Source of the DNA: an uncultured Gammaproteobacteria bacterium
GTDB lineage: Bacteria > Pseudomonadota > Gammaproteobacteria > JAURND01
Direction: 5' to 3'
DNA length: 64,000 nucleotides
NCBI GenBank assembly: GCA_963813895.1
Contig: CAWFAS010000002.1
Span: 209,410 to 273,409, forward strand
The notes under the pieces are model-generated. The model searched no databases and had not been told where the DNA came from. It saw only the letters and a list, made by a program, of their open reading frames with translations. Positions 39,501-48,220 of the stretch are shown here, one piece after another. A program made the position numbers and the translations under genes. Position 1 is the stretch's first letter; every line of letters begins with the position of its first letter.

Positions 39501-39816
39501 CCACAATACTTAATAGTCGACGTAAATGCCTGTTTTTACTGGGGGGATATACTGGAACGGCGATAACACCCGCATATAAGCAACCATAAAAAGCTGCTAT
39601 ATAATCCAAACTCGGGGGCAACAACAGTACAGCGCGTTCATTATAACAACCTTGTTGTTGAAGGATGGCCGCAATAGCCCTGGCTTTTTTATCAAGCTCC
39701 TGATAAGTGAGGGTGTCATAGCCACTGCTACTGGTTAAAAACTGATACGCGGTATCTGTAGGGGACTCAATTGCACGCTGTTGTACAAGATCTAATAAAC
39801 TTTTGACTCCATTCAC
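36556..39816 (-). CDS. FAAL-ACP-alpha-oxoamine synthase (SPT-like) trifunctional fusion
   Basis: FAAL: FLQYTSGST, SWLPPYHDMGL, PCYGLAEATL, LPKTSSGKVQR; ACP: LGVNSL; PLP domain: YNYLG, SMDGD, DEAHS, GTLSKS. Confidence 0.9.
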   Translation of the reverse strand: MNGVKSLLDLVQQRAIESPTDTAYQFLTSSSGYDTLTYQELDKKARAIAAILQQQGCYNERAVLLLPPSLDYIAAFYGCLYAGVIAVPVYPPSKNRHLRRLLSIVEDAQAKFILTQEIFADQGFDATATVIKVDQIEETAAEVYFPIVRNSEDLVFLQYTSGSTSNPKGVMVSYGNISSNIKMLENNFGSETDVTCSWLPPYHDMGLVAGIIFPLYLKARAILMAPSNFLQSPFRWLEIISRERVVLSGGPNFAYDLCVHKVTTEQIAQLDLSCWKFAVNGAEPIRQLTLQRFINRFASASFLPSALSPCYGLAEATLMLTGKPNGASDHTFPLLKSELEKGKVIPASDSENQLTVNIVNCGSPQLDHTICIVDPSTHTVLPERNIGEIWANGPSIAKGYLNKPQLTQTIFHAQLADVPGINYMRTGDLGFMHKNDLYVTGRIKDLIIIKGLNYYPQDIELTVNESHPALQNHGAAAFAVEVDNAEQLVVLQEVQREKLQRLDKEEVLDAIQAALLQEHGLSAHSIVLLKPYSLPKTSSGKVQRWSCRAEYLAGTLNSVARWDQARESIQMEGRLSQSVNQYAQFANQEEARIWLQQWFAQHLRVPAQDILPDKNLVDLGVNSLIAAELGSELYNKLGIRLDIITLFEQHSLNKLAEFLTTDPAVLAKINRHHAEVNSAESREALNLVKPLDKSLLATVKNIYFKVNSGISTNNTVIDGNEFINYSGYNYLGMSGNPKVTEAVVAAVKEYGSSVSASRMVSGEKQLHLKLERTIADLIGAEDAAVLPSGYATNIAIITHLFGPGDLVVYDALAHKSILQGALFSGATCMAFPHNDYNALEELLAKNRNHYRRALIVSEGAFSMDGDICDVRRLINVKQNFQTFLMIDEAHSMGVIGKTGRGIREYFNLNPQDVDIWMGTLSKSFASCGGYIAGSAELIENFKYTSAGFVYSAGISPANTAASLAAIKLMNDHPERVTALEQRSSLLLSLLKKNGIPTGSSSDTPIIPIMAGSTEAAIQLSSYLADHGIYALPIFYPAVEKNLARIRLFVNCLHTEKQIHYTADAIIDGYKLLQKSRKPLLESSSSQ

Positions 39817-39912
39817 GCGACATAGCTCCTTAATAATGCTTTTTTATACATAATTAGTATGGCTCAGGTTTTTAGGAAATTTTTGAACGGTGAATAATAA
39901 CTGAAAACCAAA

Positions 39913-40254
39913 TCAAGGAGCAAGAGTGGTGCGGCTGAAATTACCAATTCTTCCTTCTATCTCAAGCTGGTGCTGCAATTGCTCAATTTTATCCATTAGT
40001 TCCAATGCCAATGCAACCCCAGGCATGTTGACCTCCAGTTCTTGATAAAAGCTAACTGCCACCCGCCCTCGTTTTAGAGAAACTGAATCAAAACGCCATT
40101 CTTGTGGACTTTTTCCCGCAGGATGTATGAGCTCGTAATCTATCATCTCAATGATGATTTCTTTAGATACATGTGTAGCCTGGCAAAATTCGTCCAGTGT
40201 TAATGAATGCGCCTCTTCGATGATCACGCCTGAAATCAATTCACTTTGTGGCAT
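39913..40254 (-). CDS. cbpM: Chaperone modulator CbpM
   Basis: MerR-like LTLDEFC, ELEVN.PGVALALEL; downstream of cbpA. Confidence 0.88.
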   Translation of the reverse strand: MPQSELISGVIIEEAHSLTLDEFCQATHVSKEIIIEMIDYELIHPAGKSPQEWRFDSVSLKRGRVAVSFYQELEVNMPGVALALELMDKIEQLQHQLEIEGRIGNFSRTTLAP

Positions 40255-40277
40255 TGCCGCCCTCTCTGCATCAAAAA

Positions 40278-41201
40278 TTAATTATGACTACGTGGATTAA
40301 AATTCATTTCCTCGGCCATTTTTTTATATAATTGCCGTTGGGACTCGGTTTTCGGCTCCGGGATTAATATTTTTAATACCACGTACTCGTCCCCTGGAGC
40401 CTTACTAGGCAGGCCTCGTCCCTTTAGTCGTAACTTAGTGCCGGTCTGCGAGCCCGAGGGAATAGTCAGTTCAACCTGGCCCGCTAGCGTCTGCACCGGC
40501 ACCTTGGCTCCCAGGGCTGCTTCCCAGGGGGCGACTGGCAAATTGATATAGACATCTTGTCCCTTTAAGGTATACAACGGATGCTCATCCAGATGGATTT
40601 CCAAATATAAATTCCCATTCGCCCCATTGCCTAATCCTTTACCACCCTGCCCGCTTAGACGTATTTGTTGGCCTTCCGTCACTCCAGCGGGAATTTTCAC
40701 CTTTAGGCTGCGGGTTTTAAGTTTAATCTGACCAGAACTATCCACCTCAGGCTCTTGCAACTGCAGAAGGCGTTCAGCACCTGAAAAAGCCTCTTCCAAA
40801 GACAGGTTAATTTTGCTATGCAGATCCTGACCACGTTCAGCATATTCGTGGGTCCTCCCCCTACGGCTATGGCCAAATAGATTTTCAAAAAATTCGCTGA
40901 ATCCCCCCGCATCAAATTGCTCTTGATTAGTTTGCGTTTGTCGGAAATCCCATTCAGGTGGCGTAGTAAACCTTTGCCCGGCCTGCCACTGGCTACCCAT
41001 CTGATCATAGGCCTGCTTTTTTGCGGGATCTTTCAATACTTCATAAGCTTCTCTGACTTGTTTAAACTTTTCTTCGGCATTTTCTTCTTTACTGACGTCA
41101 GGGTGATATTTGCGCGCCAAAAGACGATATTGTTTTTTAATTTCTTCTGCAGAAGCATTTTTATTTATGCCCAATGTTTTATAGTAGTCTTTGTATTCCA
41201 T
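40278..41201 (-). CDS. cbpA: Curved-DNA-binding DnaJ-class co-chaperone
   Basis: KDYY..LG, YHPDVS, no zinc finger, PWEAALG, FNPR. Confidence 0.92.
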   Translation of the reverse strand: MEYKDYYKTLGINKNASAEEIKKQYRLLARKYHPDVSKEENAEEKFKQVREAYEVLKDPAKKQAYDQMGSQWQAGQRFTTPPEWDFRQTQTNQEQFDAGGFSEFFENLFGHSRRGRTHEYAERGQDLHSKINLSLEEAFSGAERLLQLQEPEVDSSGQIKLKTRSLKVKIPAGVTEGQQIRLSGQGGKGLGNGANGNLYLEIHLDEHPLYTLKGQDVYINLPVAPWEAALGAKVPVQTLAGQVELTIPSGSQTGTKLRLKGRGLPSKAPGDEYVVLKILIPEPKTESQRQLYKKMAEEMNFNPRSHN

Positions 41202-41210
41202 GATGACTCT

Positions 41211-41981
41211 TTAATTTATTTTGTTGAGGCCATTTTTTTCTTGGCCGGTATTCATACAAGTAATAATTTTAAGCATACCACAAAATAACGGCCGCGATGA
41301 AACCTCCTTAAATCCCAGCTTGGTGAATTTATTCATTAATTCATTATGGGTGGGGTAAACTTTTAAACTTTCAGCCAGGTAAGCATATATTTCGGGATTA
41401 CCATGCAATAGCAGACCCCATAAGCCACCCCACCCCTTCAGAATGTAATATTGCACTCTTTGCATAAACCGCCCAGAGGGTCTGGAGAATTCGAGAAAAG
41501 AAGCTGTTCCACCTATTTTTAAAATGCGCTTTAATTCCCCTAGGGCTTGATCAAGATCAGGAGCATTGCGCAAGGCATAACCACCTGTAACTAGATCTAT
41601 AGACTCTGAGCAAATGGAGGTAAGATTGCACATATCCTCGCGGATAAATTCTATATTGTTAAAGGAATTACCTGCTCTGGCTAGCTTTAACATCTCTTGA
41701 TTATAATCAATAGCAAGCACCCGCCCCCGTGGATATCGTCTGGCTAAAAGAAAACTTAAATCGCCGGTGCCACAAGCAATATCGACACATTGCGGGGCCG
41801 GATATGCAGGCAAATTTTTGATTAATCTTTTTTTCCACAAACTATCCTGACCCAAAGATAGCGCCCGGGTAGCCCATTGATATTTGGGAGCTGAGACTGT
41901 AAATAGTGTTTCAAGGTTATCTCTTTTTAACCCCGCCAGGTTCAACCACGTTTGCATTTTTTGTTTAAATAGACTTTTCAT
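41211..41981 (-). CDS. UbiE/COQ5-family methyltransferase
   Basis: DIACGTGD, GYALRN, LEFSRP, YAYLAES. Confidence 0.85.
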   Translation of the reverse strand: MKSLFKQKMQTWLNLAGLKRDNLETLFTVSAPKYQWATRALSLGQDSLWKKRLIKNLPAYPAPQCVDIACGTGDLSFLLARRYPRGRVLAIDYNQEMLKLARAGNSFNNIEFIREDMCNLTSICSESIDLVTGGYALRNAPDLDQALGELKRILKIGGTASFLEFSRPSGRFMQRVQYYILKGWGGLWGLLLHGNPEIYAYLAESLKVYPTHNELMNKFTKLGFKEVSSRPLFCGMLKIITCMNTGQEKNGLNKIN

Positions 41982-42252
41982 GACGCTCCTTGTGCCAACC
42001 GTAATAAGCTTTCAAAATCAGGATGGCTGCTGAAAGTGAAAAGGTAACGAGATTAGCCACTATCAATGGCATACCATCGGGAATGATAAAGCCATAGATA
42101 ATCCATAAAATTACCCCTAGAGTGAATAGGCACATCATGATCCACGAAATATCCTTAGCGGATTTCGTATAATATACCTTAATTACCTGCGGTAAAAACG
42201 CTACTGTGGTGAGAGCTCCGGCGGTGTAACCCATTATGTTTTGAATATTCAT
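41965..42252 (-). CDS. SemiSWEET (PQ-loop) transporter
   Basis: TTVAFLPQV.K...SAKDIS, WIIYG, ANLVT. Confidence 0.9.
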   Translation of the reverse strand: MNIQNIMGYTAGALTTVAFLPQVIKVYYTKSAKDISWIMMCLFTLGVILWIIYGFIIPDGMPLIVANLVTFSLSAAILILKAYYGWHKERHEKSI

Positions 42253-42314
42253 AGAATTCCATTTATTGTTAGTTCGAATTGATTACATATCTCATCTGCA
42301 GATGATTACCCTTT

Positions 42315-45300
42315 CTATAAGATATCCTCTATCTTACTCCCATCAGTCAATACAAATTTTTTCCCTGAAAATGCCGCGAAACGCTTACCCGGTAGAATGA
42401 TACCGACTAAATTCAGCGGATCAACTGCAGATAGGATGACTCCAGTACCATCCGGTTCCTTATTTTTAATAGCGCGCAGTGATTCAACCGCATAGGGCAA
42501 AGCAAACTGCTCGCCTAAAAAACCACTGACAAAACGACCACCGCGGATTTCTCCTCTATCCTCCAGGCGACGTAATGTAACTAAAAGTTCACGCCAGCGT
42601 GGTACCACGGTTTCTCTGGCCAGTAAATCACGGAATACTACACCGTAGCGCTTAAGCAGCATCCAACATACGGCCTCCATTGCCTGCGAACGGTCACTGA
42701 CAAAATCACAATATAGCAGGGACCAGCGGCCAGCACTATGCCGAGGTTTAGCGCCTCGACGCCTGCCTTGCCCACTACGACGCCGCGGGTCTATCAAGGC
42801 ACGTAGATTATCAAAGCCATCGGCGGTTACTAGGCCGGCTGCTACCAACTCCCATAAACCAGACTCTACTTCAGCTGGGAGATGTCCCACTCCGCGAGCA
42901 ATATCAGTAAAAAATGATGCGCCTCTTTGCTGTAAATAGGCATGGATTTTTCTAGCACCATGGCCTAATGCAGCTAAATCTTCTTCCGCGGCCGAGCGAT
43001 GCACTAAAGGCATCCAATCTGATTGGTCGCGCACAAAAAAAGTAATGGGTGCGATGCTGGTCGGCATTATACGTTTGGTATTCACATGCAACTCTCCGTG
43101 GTGGCTATTGCTATCTGCAACTATTGTTGCTGGGTGGGGCGATAAACGACCCCAGCCAATCGCACCGGTAAGGCAAAGGCGCTCTAGCATAGTGGCATCA
43201 TAATCGCTGACTCTAGGCCGCAAAATTTCCCGCTCCCAAGCATTGGCGGCAATTTCAAAACCCTGCAGTTGCCGTATAGTCTCTAGCAGGCCACGCTCAC
43301 CGCGCAACTGCGTGCCAGATGCCAGATGCTGCCAGGTTAATAACCAACGCATAAACTGAGCTGCAGTGACTGGCGCAATCTCTTTGCGCAGTTTACCCAA
43401 AGTCAGGCGATGGATCCTGGCCAATAATCTGCGTTCACACCATTCTAATGTATCAACACCAGTGAAACTACCACGTAAAATGAATCCTGTGGCCTCCAAC
43501 TTAAGCAGTGCTTGGTCTATTATTGAGACCTCCAGAGTGAGCGCATCAGCTAGTTCCTGAGCAGTCACAGGTCCTAAATGCAACAGCCAGCCGCGTAACG
43601 TATTAACCACTGCCATATCAGGTTCTGGGGTGGATTGCTCTATATCGGGGAGATCTAATGGCAATAGTGCTTGCGGATAAATCGCTGCAAAGGTTTTGGT
43701 GCGATCGACTGCTACCCAATAGGATCTATCCTGCAAGGTAACAATACCTGCGCGTCGGCCGGCAATCAATTCAGCCATAAAGGGTTGCCACTCCGATGGC
43801 TGCCTATGTGCAGAACGGAATGGTAATTCTGCAGGGATAGCGATTAAGGTCTGCAAAGTGTCATGTAACTCATCAGCACTCCTCACATCGGGCCATGCTT
43901 GTTGCTGTACTTCTCTAATAGCCTCTGGATCCAACCTGCCAGCTGACTGGAGTACTGAATCGGGTAATACGCGGCGCATTTCTACCGCTCGCGCCCTTCT
44001 TTCTTCTAAGGGTGCATCATCCAAGAATGCATAAGGATTCGCATTGAGGATCTCATGAGAAAAGACTGAAGGTACTGGTGTATCTACTGCCAAGCATCTA
44101 ATCGCTCCGCTTTTTATTTTCTGCAACACAGAAACTAACCCATCAACATCCAAGGCTTCATGCAAAGCATCCTGCATCGCTTCGTTGATTAAAGGATGAT
44201 CTGGTAGCTCTATATCAGCGCCAGCGAGATTATCTTGACATGCAGCAGCGTCAGGAAACACCGCCGCTAACAAATCATCAGATAACAGTCGCAAAATATT
44301 GGGCGGAACTTTTTTACCATTGCGAAACCGGACTAACGCCAGTGATCGCCCTGCGTCCCAGCGCCAGCGGGTAGTAAAGAGCGGTGATTGGAGTACCGCT
44401 TGCACCAATACGTCTTGCACGCTGTTCGGATGCAGAAATTGAAATACATCTGCTAAAGGAAAACTGTGCTGTTCTGCCAAGGCAATGTTTAGACCATCAT
44501 CCGTGGCTGCTGCTTGTAGTTCAAAGTTAAAGGAACGGCAGAAACGTTTTCTTAGCGCTAAGCCCCAGGCTTTATTTATTCGCGCACCGAAGGGGGCGTG
44601 GATGATTAATTGCATACCGCCGCCTTCATCAAAAAACCGCTCAGCGATTACTGTCTCTTGCGTCGGCACCGCACCCAGTATTGCCCGACCTTGCAAGATA
44701 TATTCAGCCAACTGTTGTGCACCCATTTCATCCAACGCACAATGCTGTTTTAACCAGTTCACGGCTATTTCACTATTAGCAGCTGAAGGATTATTAGGCA
44801 ACATATCACTCAGCTGCTGACGCAATTGAGAAACCCGCGCTGAAAGTTCAAAAGTCCTGGCTGGAGCTTCACCCCGCCAAAAAGGCACGCTGGGCGGGCT
44901 GCCGTGAGCGTCTTCTACGAGCACCTTTCCCGTCGCGCTTTCAATACGCCGGATTCGCCAGGAGGTAGTGCCTAGCAGTATAATATCGCCACGGTTACTC
45001 TCAACGGCAAAATCTTCATCTAAAGTGCCTACCATGACTCTTTCCGGTTCGGCGATAACGGTGAACAGGCCATTTTCGGGAATGGCACCCCCACTGGTGA
45101 TGGCTACTAGTCTACTGCCACGACGTCCCCGTACCCTACCCTGTACTTTGTCTCGGAACAAATAAGCGCCATAACGACCGCGCGAACCTGCTATCCCTTC
45201 CGAGAGCATCTCTAACACTGAGTTAAAAATTTGTCTGGATAAATGGGCATACGGATAAGCATGGGTGACTAGTGCGAATAAATCCTCCTCCATCCATTCG

Positions 45301-46580
45301 CCAGTGGCACACGTCGCCACAATTTGCTGTGCTAAAATATCTATAGGCTGTTGTGGTATAAGCAATTGATCCAAATCGCCCTCACGTATGGCGCTTACCA
45401 ATGCCGCACATTCCAACAATTCATCACGGGTAGTGGCAAAAATACGCCCCTTGGAAATAGCACCACGCCAATGGCCTGCACGGCCAATACGTTGCAAGGC
45501 AACCGCTATAGCGCGCGGTGATCCTAATTGGCATACTAAATCAATATTACCAATGTCAATTCCTAACTCTAAAGAAGCAGTAGCCACTAATAGTTGCAGT
45601 TCGCCATTTTTCAATCTGGTTTCGGCAGCGAGTCTTAGTTTACGGGAGAGACTGCCATGGTGAGCAGCTACCTTATCTTCTCCCAGACGTTCGGTGAGAT
45701 GATGAGCCACTCTTTCAGCTAATCGCCGCGTATTAACAAACACCAAGGTCGCACGATGCTGTCGCGCCAGTTCAGCCAGTCGGTTATAAATTTCATCCCA
45801 CATTTCATTGGACGCCACAGCGCCCAACTCACTGGCTGGTATTTCAACAGCCAGATCTAATGGCCGGATATGCCCGATATTAATAATGACTGGCTTAGGG
45901 CGGTGAGGGCCGGCGAGAAAAGCGGCTATAGTCTCTATGGGTTTTTGCGTAGCTGACAAGCCAATTCGCACAGGGGGGCAATTAGTGATAGCTTCAAGTC
46001 GTTCTAATGATAAAGCCAAATGCGCCCCGCGTTTATCATTTGCCATGGCATGGATTTCATCGACAATAATAGTCTCCACATCTTGAAGTATCACTCGGCT
46101 TTTCTCTGCCGTAAGCAATATATAAAGTGATTCAGGTGTAGTGACCAGAATATGCGGTGGTTGCCTTAGCATGGCCAGTCGCTCGCGTGCTAAGGTATCT
46201 CCGGTGCGCACGGCTACTTTAATTTCTGCCATAGCCAAATTACGCTGCTTGGCTAGAGCATAGATTTCCGCTAGGGGCTCTGAAAGATTTTTTTGTATGT
46301 CATTACCGAGGGCTTTAAGGGGTGAGATATATAATACTTGGGTTTTATGTTCCAATTCACCAGACAGTGCTTTGCGCACCAATTGATCGATACAGGCTAA
46401 AAAGGCAGCAAAAGTCTTACCTGAACCCGTAGGAGCAGAAATCAGCGTGGTTTGGCCCATTAGAATAGAGGGCCAGCCTTGGAGTTGGGGTTCCGTAGGC
46501 GTTTCAAACTTACGAATAAACCAATCGCGCACTAACGAATGTGCCCAATCTAAGTTAATATTACAGTTATCAAAAGACAT
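42315..46580 (-). CDS. lhr: Lhr-family SF2 helicase
   Basis: APTGSGKT, TTPESLY, DEIH, HHGSLS, LELGIDIG, QRIGRAGH; C-terminal RYGVVFR, GEQFA. Confidence 0.92.
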   Translation of the reverse strand: MSFDNCNINLDWAHSLVRDWFIRKFETPTEPQLQGWPSILMGQTTLISAPTGSGKTFAAFLACIDQLVRKALSGELEHKTQVLYISPLKALGNDIQKNLSEPLAEIYALAKQRNLAMAEIKVAVRTGDTLARERLAMLRQPPHILVTTPESLYILLTAEKSRVILQDVETIIVDEIHAMANDKRGAHLALSLERLEAITNCPPVRIGLSATQKPIETIAAFLAGPHRPKPVIINIGHIRPLDLAVEIPASELGAVASNEMWDEIYNRLAELARQHRATLVFVNTRRLAERVAHHLTERLGEDKVAAHHGSLSRKLRLAAETRLKNGELQLLVATASLELGIDIGNIDLVCQLGSPRAIAVALQRIGRAGHWRGAISKGRIFATTRDELLECAALVSAIREGDLDQLLIPQQPIDILAQQIVATCATGEWMEEDLFALVTHAYPYAHLSRQIFNSVLEMLSEGIAGSRGRYGAYLFRDKVQGRVRGRRGSRLVAITSGGAIPENGLFTVIAEPERVMVGTLDEDFAVESNRGDIILLGTTSWRIRRIESATGKVLVEDAHGSPPSVPFWRGEAPARTFELSARVSQLRQQLSDMLPNNPSAANSEIAVNWLKQHCALDEMGAQQLAEYILQGRAILGAVPTQETVIAERFFDEGGGMQLIIHAPFGARINKAWGLALRKRFCRSFNFELQAAATDDGLNIALAEQHSFPLADVFQFLHPNSVQDVLVQAVLQSPLFTTRWRWDAGRSLALVRFRNGKKVPPNILRLLSDDLLAAVFPDAAACQDNLAGADIELPDHPLINEAMQDALHEALDVDGLVSVLQKIKSGAIRCLAVDTPVPSVFSHEILNANPYAFLDDAPLEERRARAVEMRRVLPDSVLQSAGRLDPEAIREVQQQAWPDVRSADELHDTLQTLIAIPAELPFRSAHRQPSEWQPFMAELIAGRRAGIVTLQDRSYWVAVDRTKTFAAIYPQALLPLDLPDIEQSTPEPDMAVVNTLRGWLLHLGPVTAQELADALTLEVSIIDQALLKLEATGFILRGSFTGVDTLEWCERRLLARIHRLTLGKLRKEIAPVTAAQFMRWLLTWQHLASGTQLRGERGLLETIRQLQGFEIAANAWEREILRPRVSDYDATMLERLCLTGAIGWGRLSPHPATIVADSNSHHGELHVNTKRIMPTSIAPITFFVRDQSDWMPLVHRSAAEEDLAALGHGARKIHAYLQQRGASFFTDIARGVGHLPAEVESGLWELVAAGLVTADGFDNLRALIDPRRRSGQGRRRGAKPRHSAGRWSLLYCDFVSDRSQAMEAVCWMLLKRYGVVFRDLLARETVVPRWRELLVTLRRLEDRGEIRGGRFVSGFLGEQFALPYAVESLRAIKNKEPDGTGVILSAVDPLNLVGIILPGKRFAAFSGKKFVLTDGSKIEDIL

Positions 46581-46595
46581 AATTTAGGAACAAAT

Positions 46596-46628
46596 GAGGC
46601 CTTGCCAAATCCACCTGGCTAAGGCCTC
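46596..46628 (-). terminator. Hairpin between the DUF1328 gene and lhr
   Basis: GAGGCCTT-GCCA...TGGCTAAGGCCTC, followed on the minus strand by ATTTGTT. Confidence 0.4.
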
Positions 46629-46712
46629 CATTAATTAAATGATAATGACATCTCTCTGTCATTATTTCAGCTACCCATAAGTAAATCCCTTACTTTGCAA
46701 AGGTGGTGAGGT

Positions 46713-46904
46713 CTATAGGGTAGGACCAGGGCCAGCTCTTCCTCTTCCCCTTGCTAAATGTATAATCAACGTTATAACGAATAAAATGAGGAAAATATAA
46801 AACAGTATCTTTGCTATACCTACAGCTGCCACAAAAATCCCTGTAAATCCTAGTAAACCCGCAACAACTGCTACTATAAGAAATGTTAGTACCCAGGTTA
46901 ACAT
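46713..46904 (-). CDS. DUF1328 (YtjA-like) small membrane protein
   Basis: [22 protein letters not shown]...IAKILF; AAGGAGG RBS. Confidence 0.9.
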   Translation of the reverse strand: MLTWVLTFLIVAVVAGLLGFTGIFVAAVGIAKILFYIFLILFVITLIIHLARGRGRAGPGPTL

Positions 46905-47078
46905 GGTAATACCTCCTTAATTATTATCTTTAATATTAATAATAATAGCATATAATGTCTTATCTTTGCTCCCCCAAAACACTTAGTGTATACTGATAGC
47001 ACCGTGCCCGATTGAGGTCCCGATGAGTGTGAACCTTGGGCTGCGCAGGAATTTTATTAATCAAAAGGAGAAATCAGC

Positions 47079-47321
47079 ATGTCTTATAACACCGATGTCA
47101 GCGAAAAAAACTTAAAAAACGTTAAAGAACATTTGAAAGAAGCCGGACAAATTTTAAAGCACGAAGCCGAAGATTCTATTGATCTAGCAGTTACTGAAGT
47201 AAAAAAACGTTCCGAACAAGTGCAACATGCAGTAACCGATTATGTTCATGAGAACCCGGTGAAATCATTAGGATGGGCTGTTTTAGGTGGTGTTCTGCTG
47301 GGATTTTTATTACGCAAATAG
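47079..47321 (+). CDS. ElaB/YqjD (DUF883) family tail-anchored protein
   Basis: YVHENPVKSLG..GVLLGFLLRK. Confidence 0.85.
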   Translation: MSYNTDVSEKNLKNVKEHLKEAGQILKHEAEDSIDLAVTEVKKRSEQVQHAVTDYVHENPVKSLGWAVLGGVLLGFLLRK

Positions 47322-47342
47322 TAATTAGGATATTAACTGCAA

Positions 47343-47711
47343 ATGGAAATTATCAATATAATCAAGCAGTTGTCAAAAAACTCATTATCTATAGCGCATA
47401 ATACCGTAAAGTTGATGCAGCTAGAAATAACTCTGGCTAAAAAAAGCCTGCCAGTAATGGCGGGCTTATTTTTTCTACTACTCTGCTTGATTATCTCAAT
47501 GTGGGTTTTTTTGCTAGGGCTGTTGATAACCTATCTCGCCGCAAATGGATTTAGCATTTATTCCCTCTTATTCAGTGTACTTGGAATCCATTTACTACTA
47601 ATTATTATCATTGGACTGCTGATGCGTAAATATATAGGCAATATGAAATTACATGCTACACGCAAGCATCTGCGGACTATGTTTTCCAGCAATCTGAGTA
47701 ATAAACCATGA
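47343..47711 (+). CDS. YqjE-like membrane protein
   Basis: Two TM helices, L.QLE motif, follows the DUF883 gene as in yqjDEK. Confidence 0.65.
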   Translation: MEIINIIKQLSKNSLSIAHNTVKLMQLEITLAKKSLPVMAGLFFLLLCLIISMWVFLLGLLITYLAANGFSIYSLLFSVLGIHLLLIIIIGLLMRKYIGNMKLHATRKHLRTMFSSNLSNKP

Positions 47712-48001
47712 AACAGCTCACCAAACAAATAAAATTGTTAGAGCATGAGATAGACCTGGAAAAAGCCCAGTTATTTCAGGACTACGCTGTACTTAGAGAA
47801 AAAATCGGCACAACGCCCAACCTGATAAAAGGTTTTTTATGGGGCTTATCCCTCGGGTTTCTGGTTATCGCACCAAAATTAAAGCATACTTCCAGCGAGG
47901 GAAAAAAGGTAACGAAGCATTCATTAAAAAAACAGCCTAAGGAACCCTCGATACACCGCCTTTTACTGGGCTCTCTACCCACTCTTCTAAAGTTTCTTTA
48001 A
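47708..48001 (+). CDS. Hypothetical protein (YqjK-like position)
   Basis: ATGA overlap; coiled coil followed by one hydrophobic segment. Confidence 0.6.
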   Translation: MKQLTKQIKLLEHEIDLEKAQLFQDYAVLREKIGTTPNLIKGFLWGLSLGFLVIAPKLKHTSSEGKKVTKHSLKKQPKEPSIHRLLLGSLPTLLKFL

Positions 48002-48100
48002 AGCAAATATTTATTGCAAAAATACTTGATTCTAATTATTTTATAAATTTTCAGCCAAAGACTACATTTTTTGCTACTTCCTTATGGTTAAATGCACATT

Positions 48101-48206
48101 GAGGAAGTCGCTTGGGTTGACAGGAATTAAGGACATCCAACTATCTCCAAGGATGGGGAGCCAGGGAAGGAAGCAGTTTAACTGCCATGACCCAAGCGAA
48201 TTCTTT
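48101..48206 (+). ncRNA. Candidate CsrA/RsmA-binding small RNA
   Basis: Closing stem TCGCTTGGGTT/GACCCAAGCGA; six A(N)GGA motifs within about 70 nt, including the hairpin TCTCCA-AGGA-TGGGGA. Confidence 0.5.
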
Positions 48207-48220
48207 ATACAACCTCTCTT

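Noticed and set aside
39767-39823. Out-of-frame ATG just upstream of the FAAL GTG start as a regulatory uORF
   Set aside because: Only 2 nt from AGGAG, too close for initiation; the GTG has normal spacing
47000-47050. Riboswitch or sRNA upstream of the DUF883 gene
   Set aside because: Only a modest hairpin (GCCCGA/TTGGGC) with no recognisable motif
47343-47711. Prophage, suggested by a holin-like protein and XRE/S24 regulators
   Set aside because: Context is yqjDEK-like; no structural, integrase or replication genes
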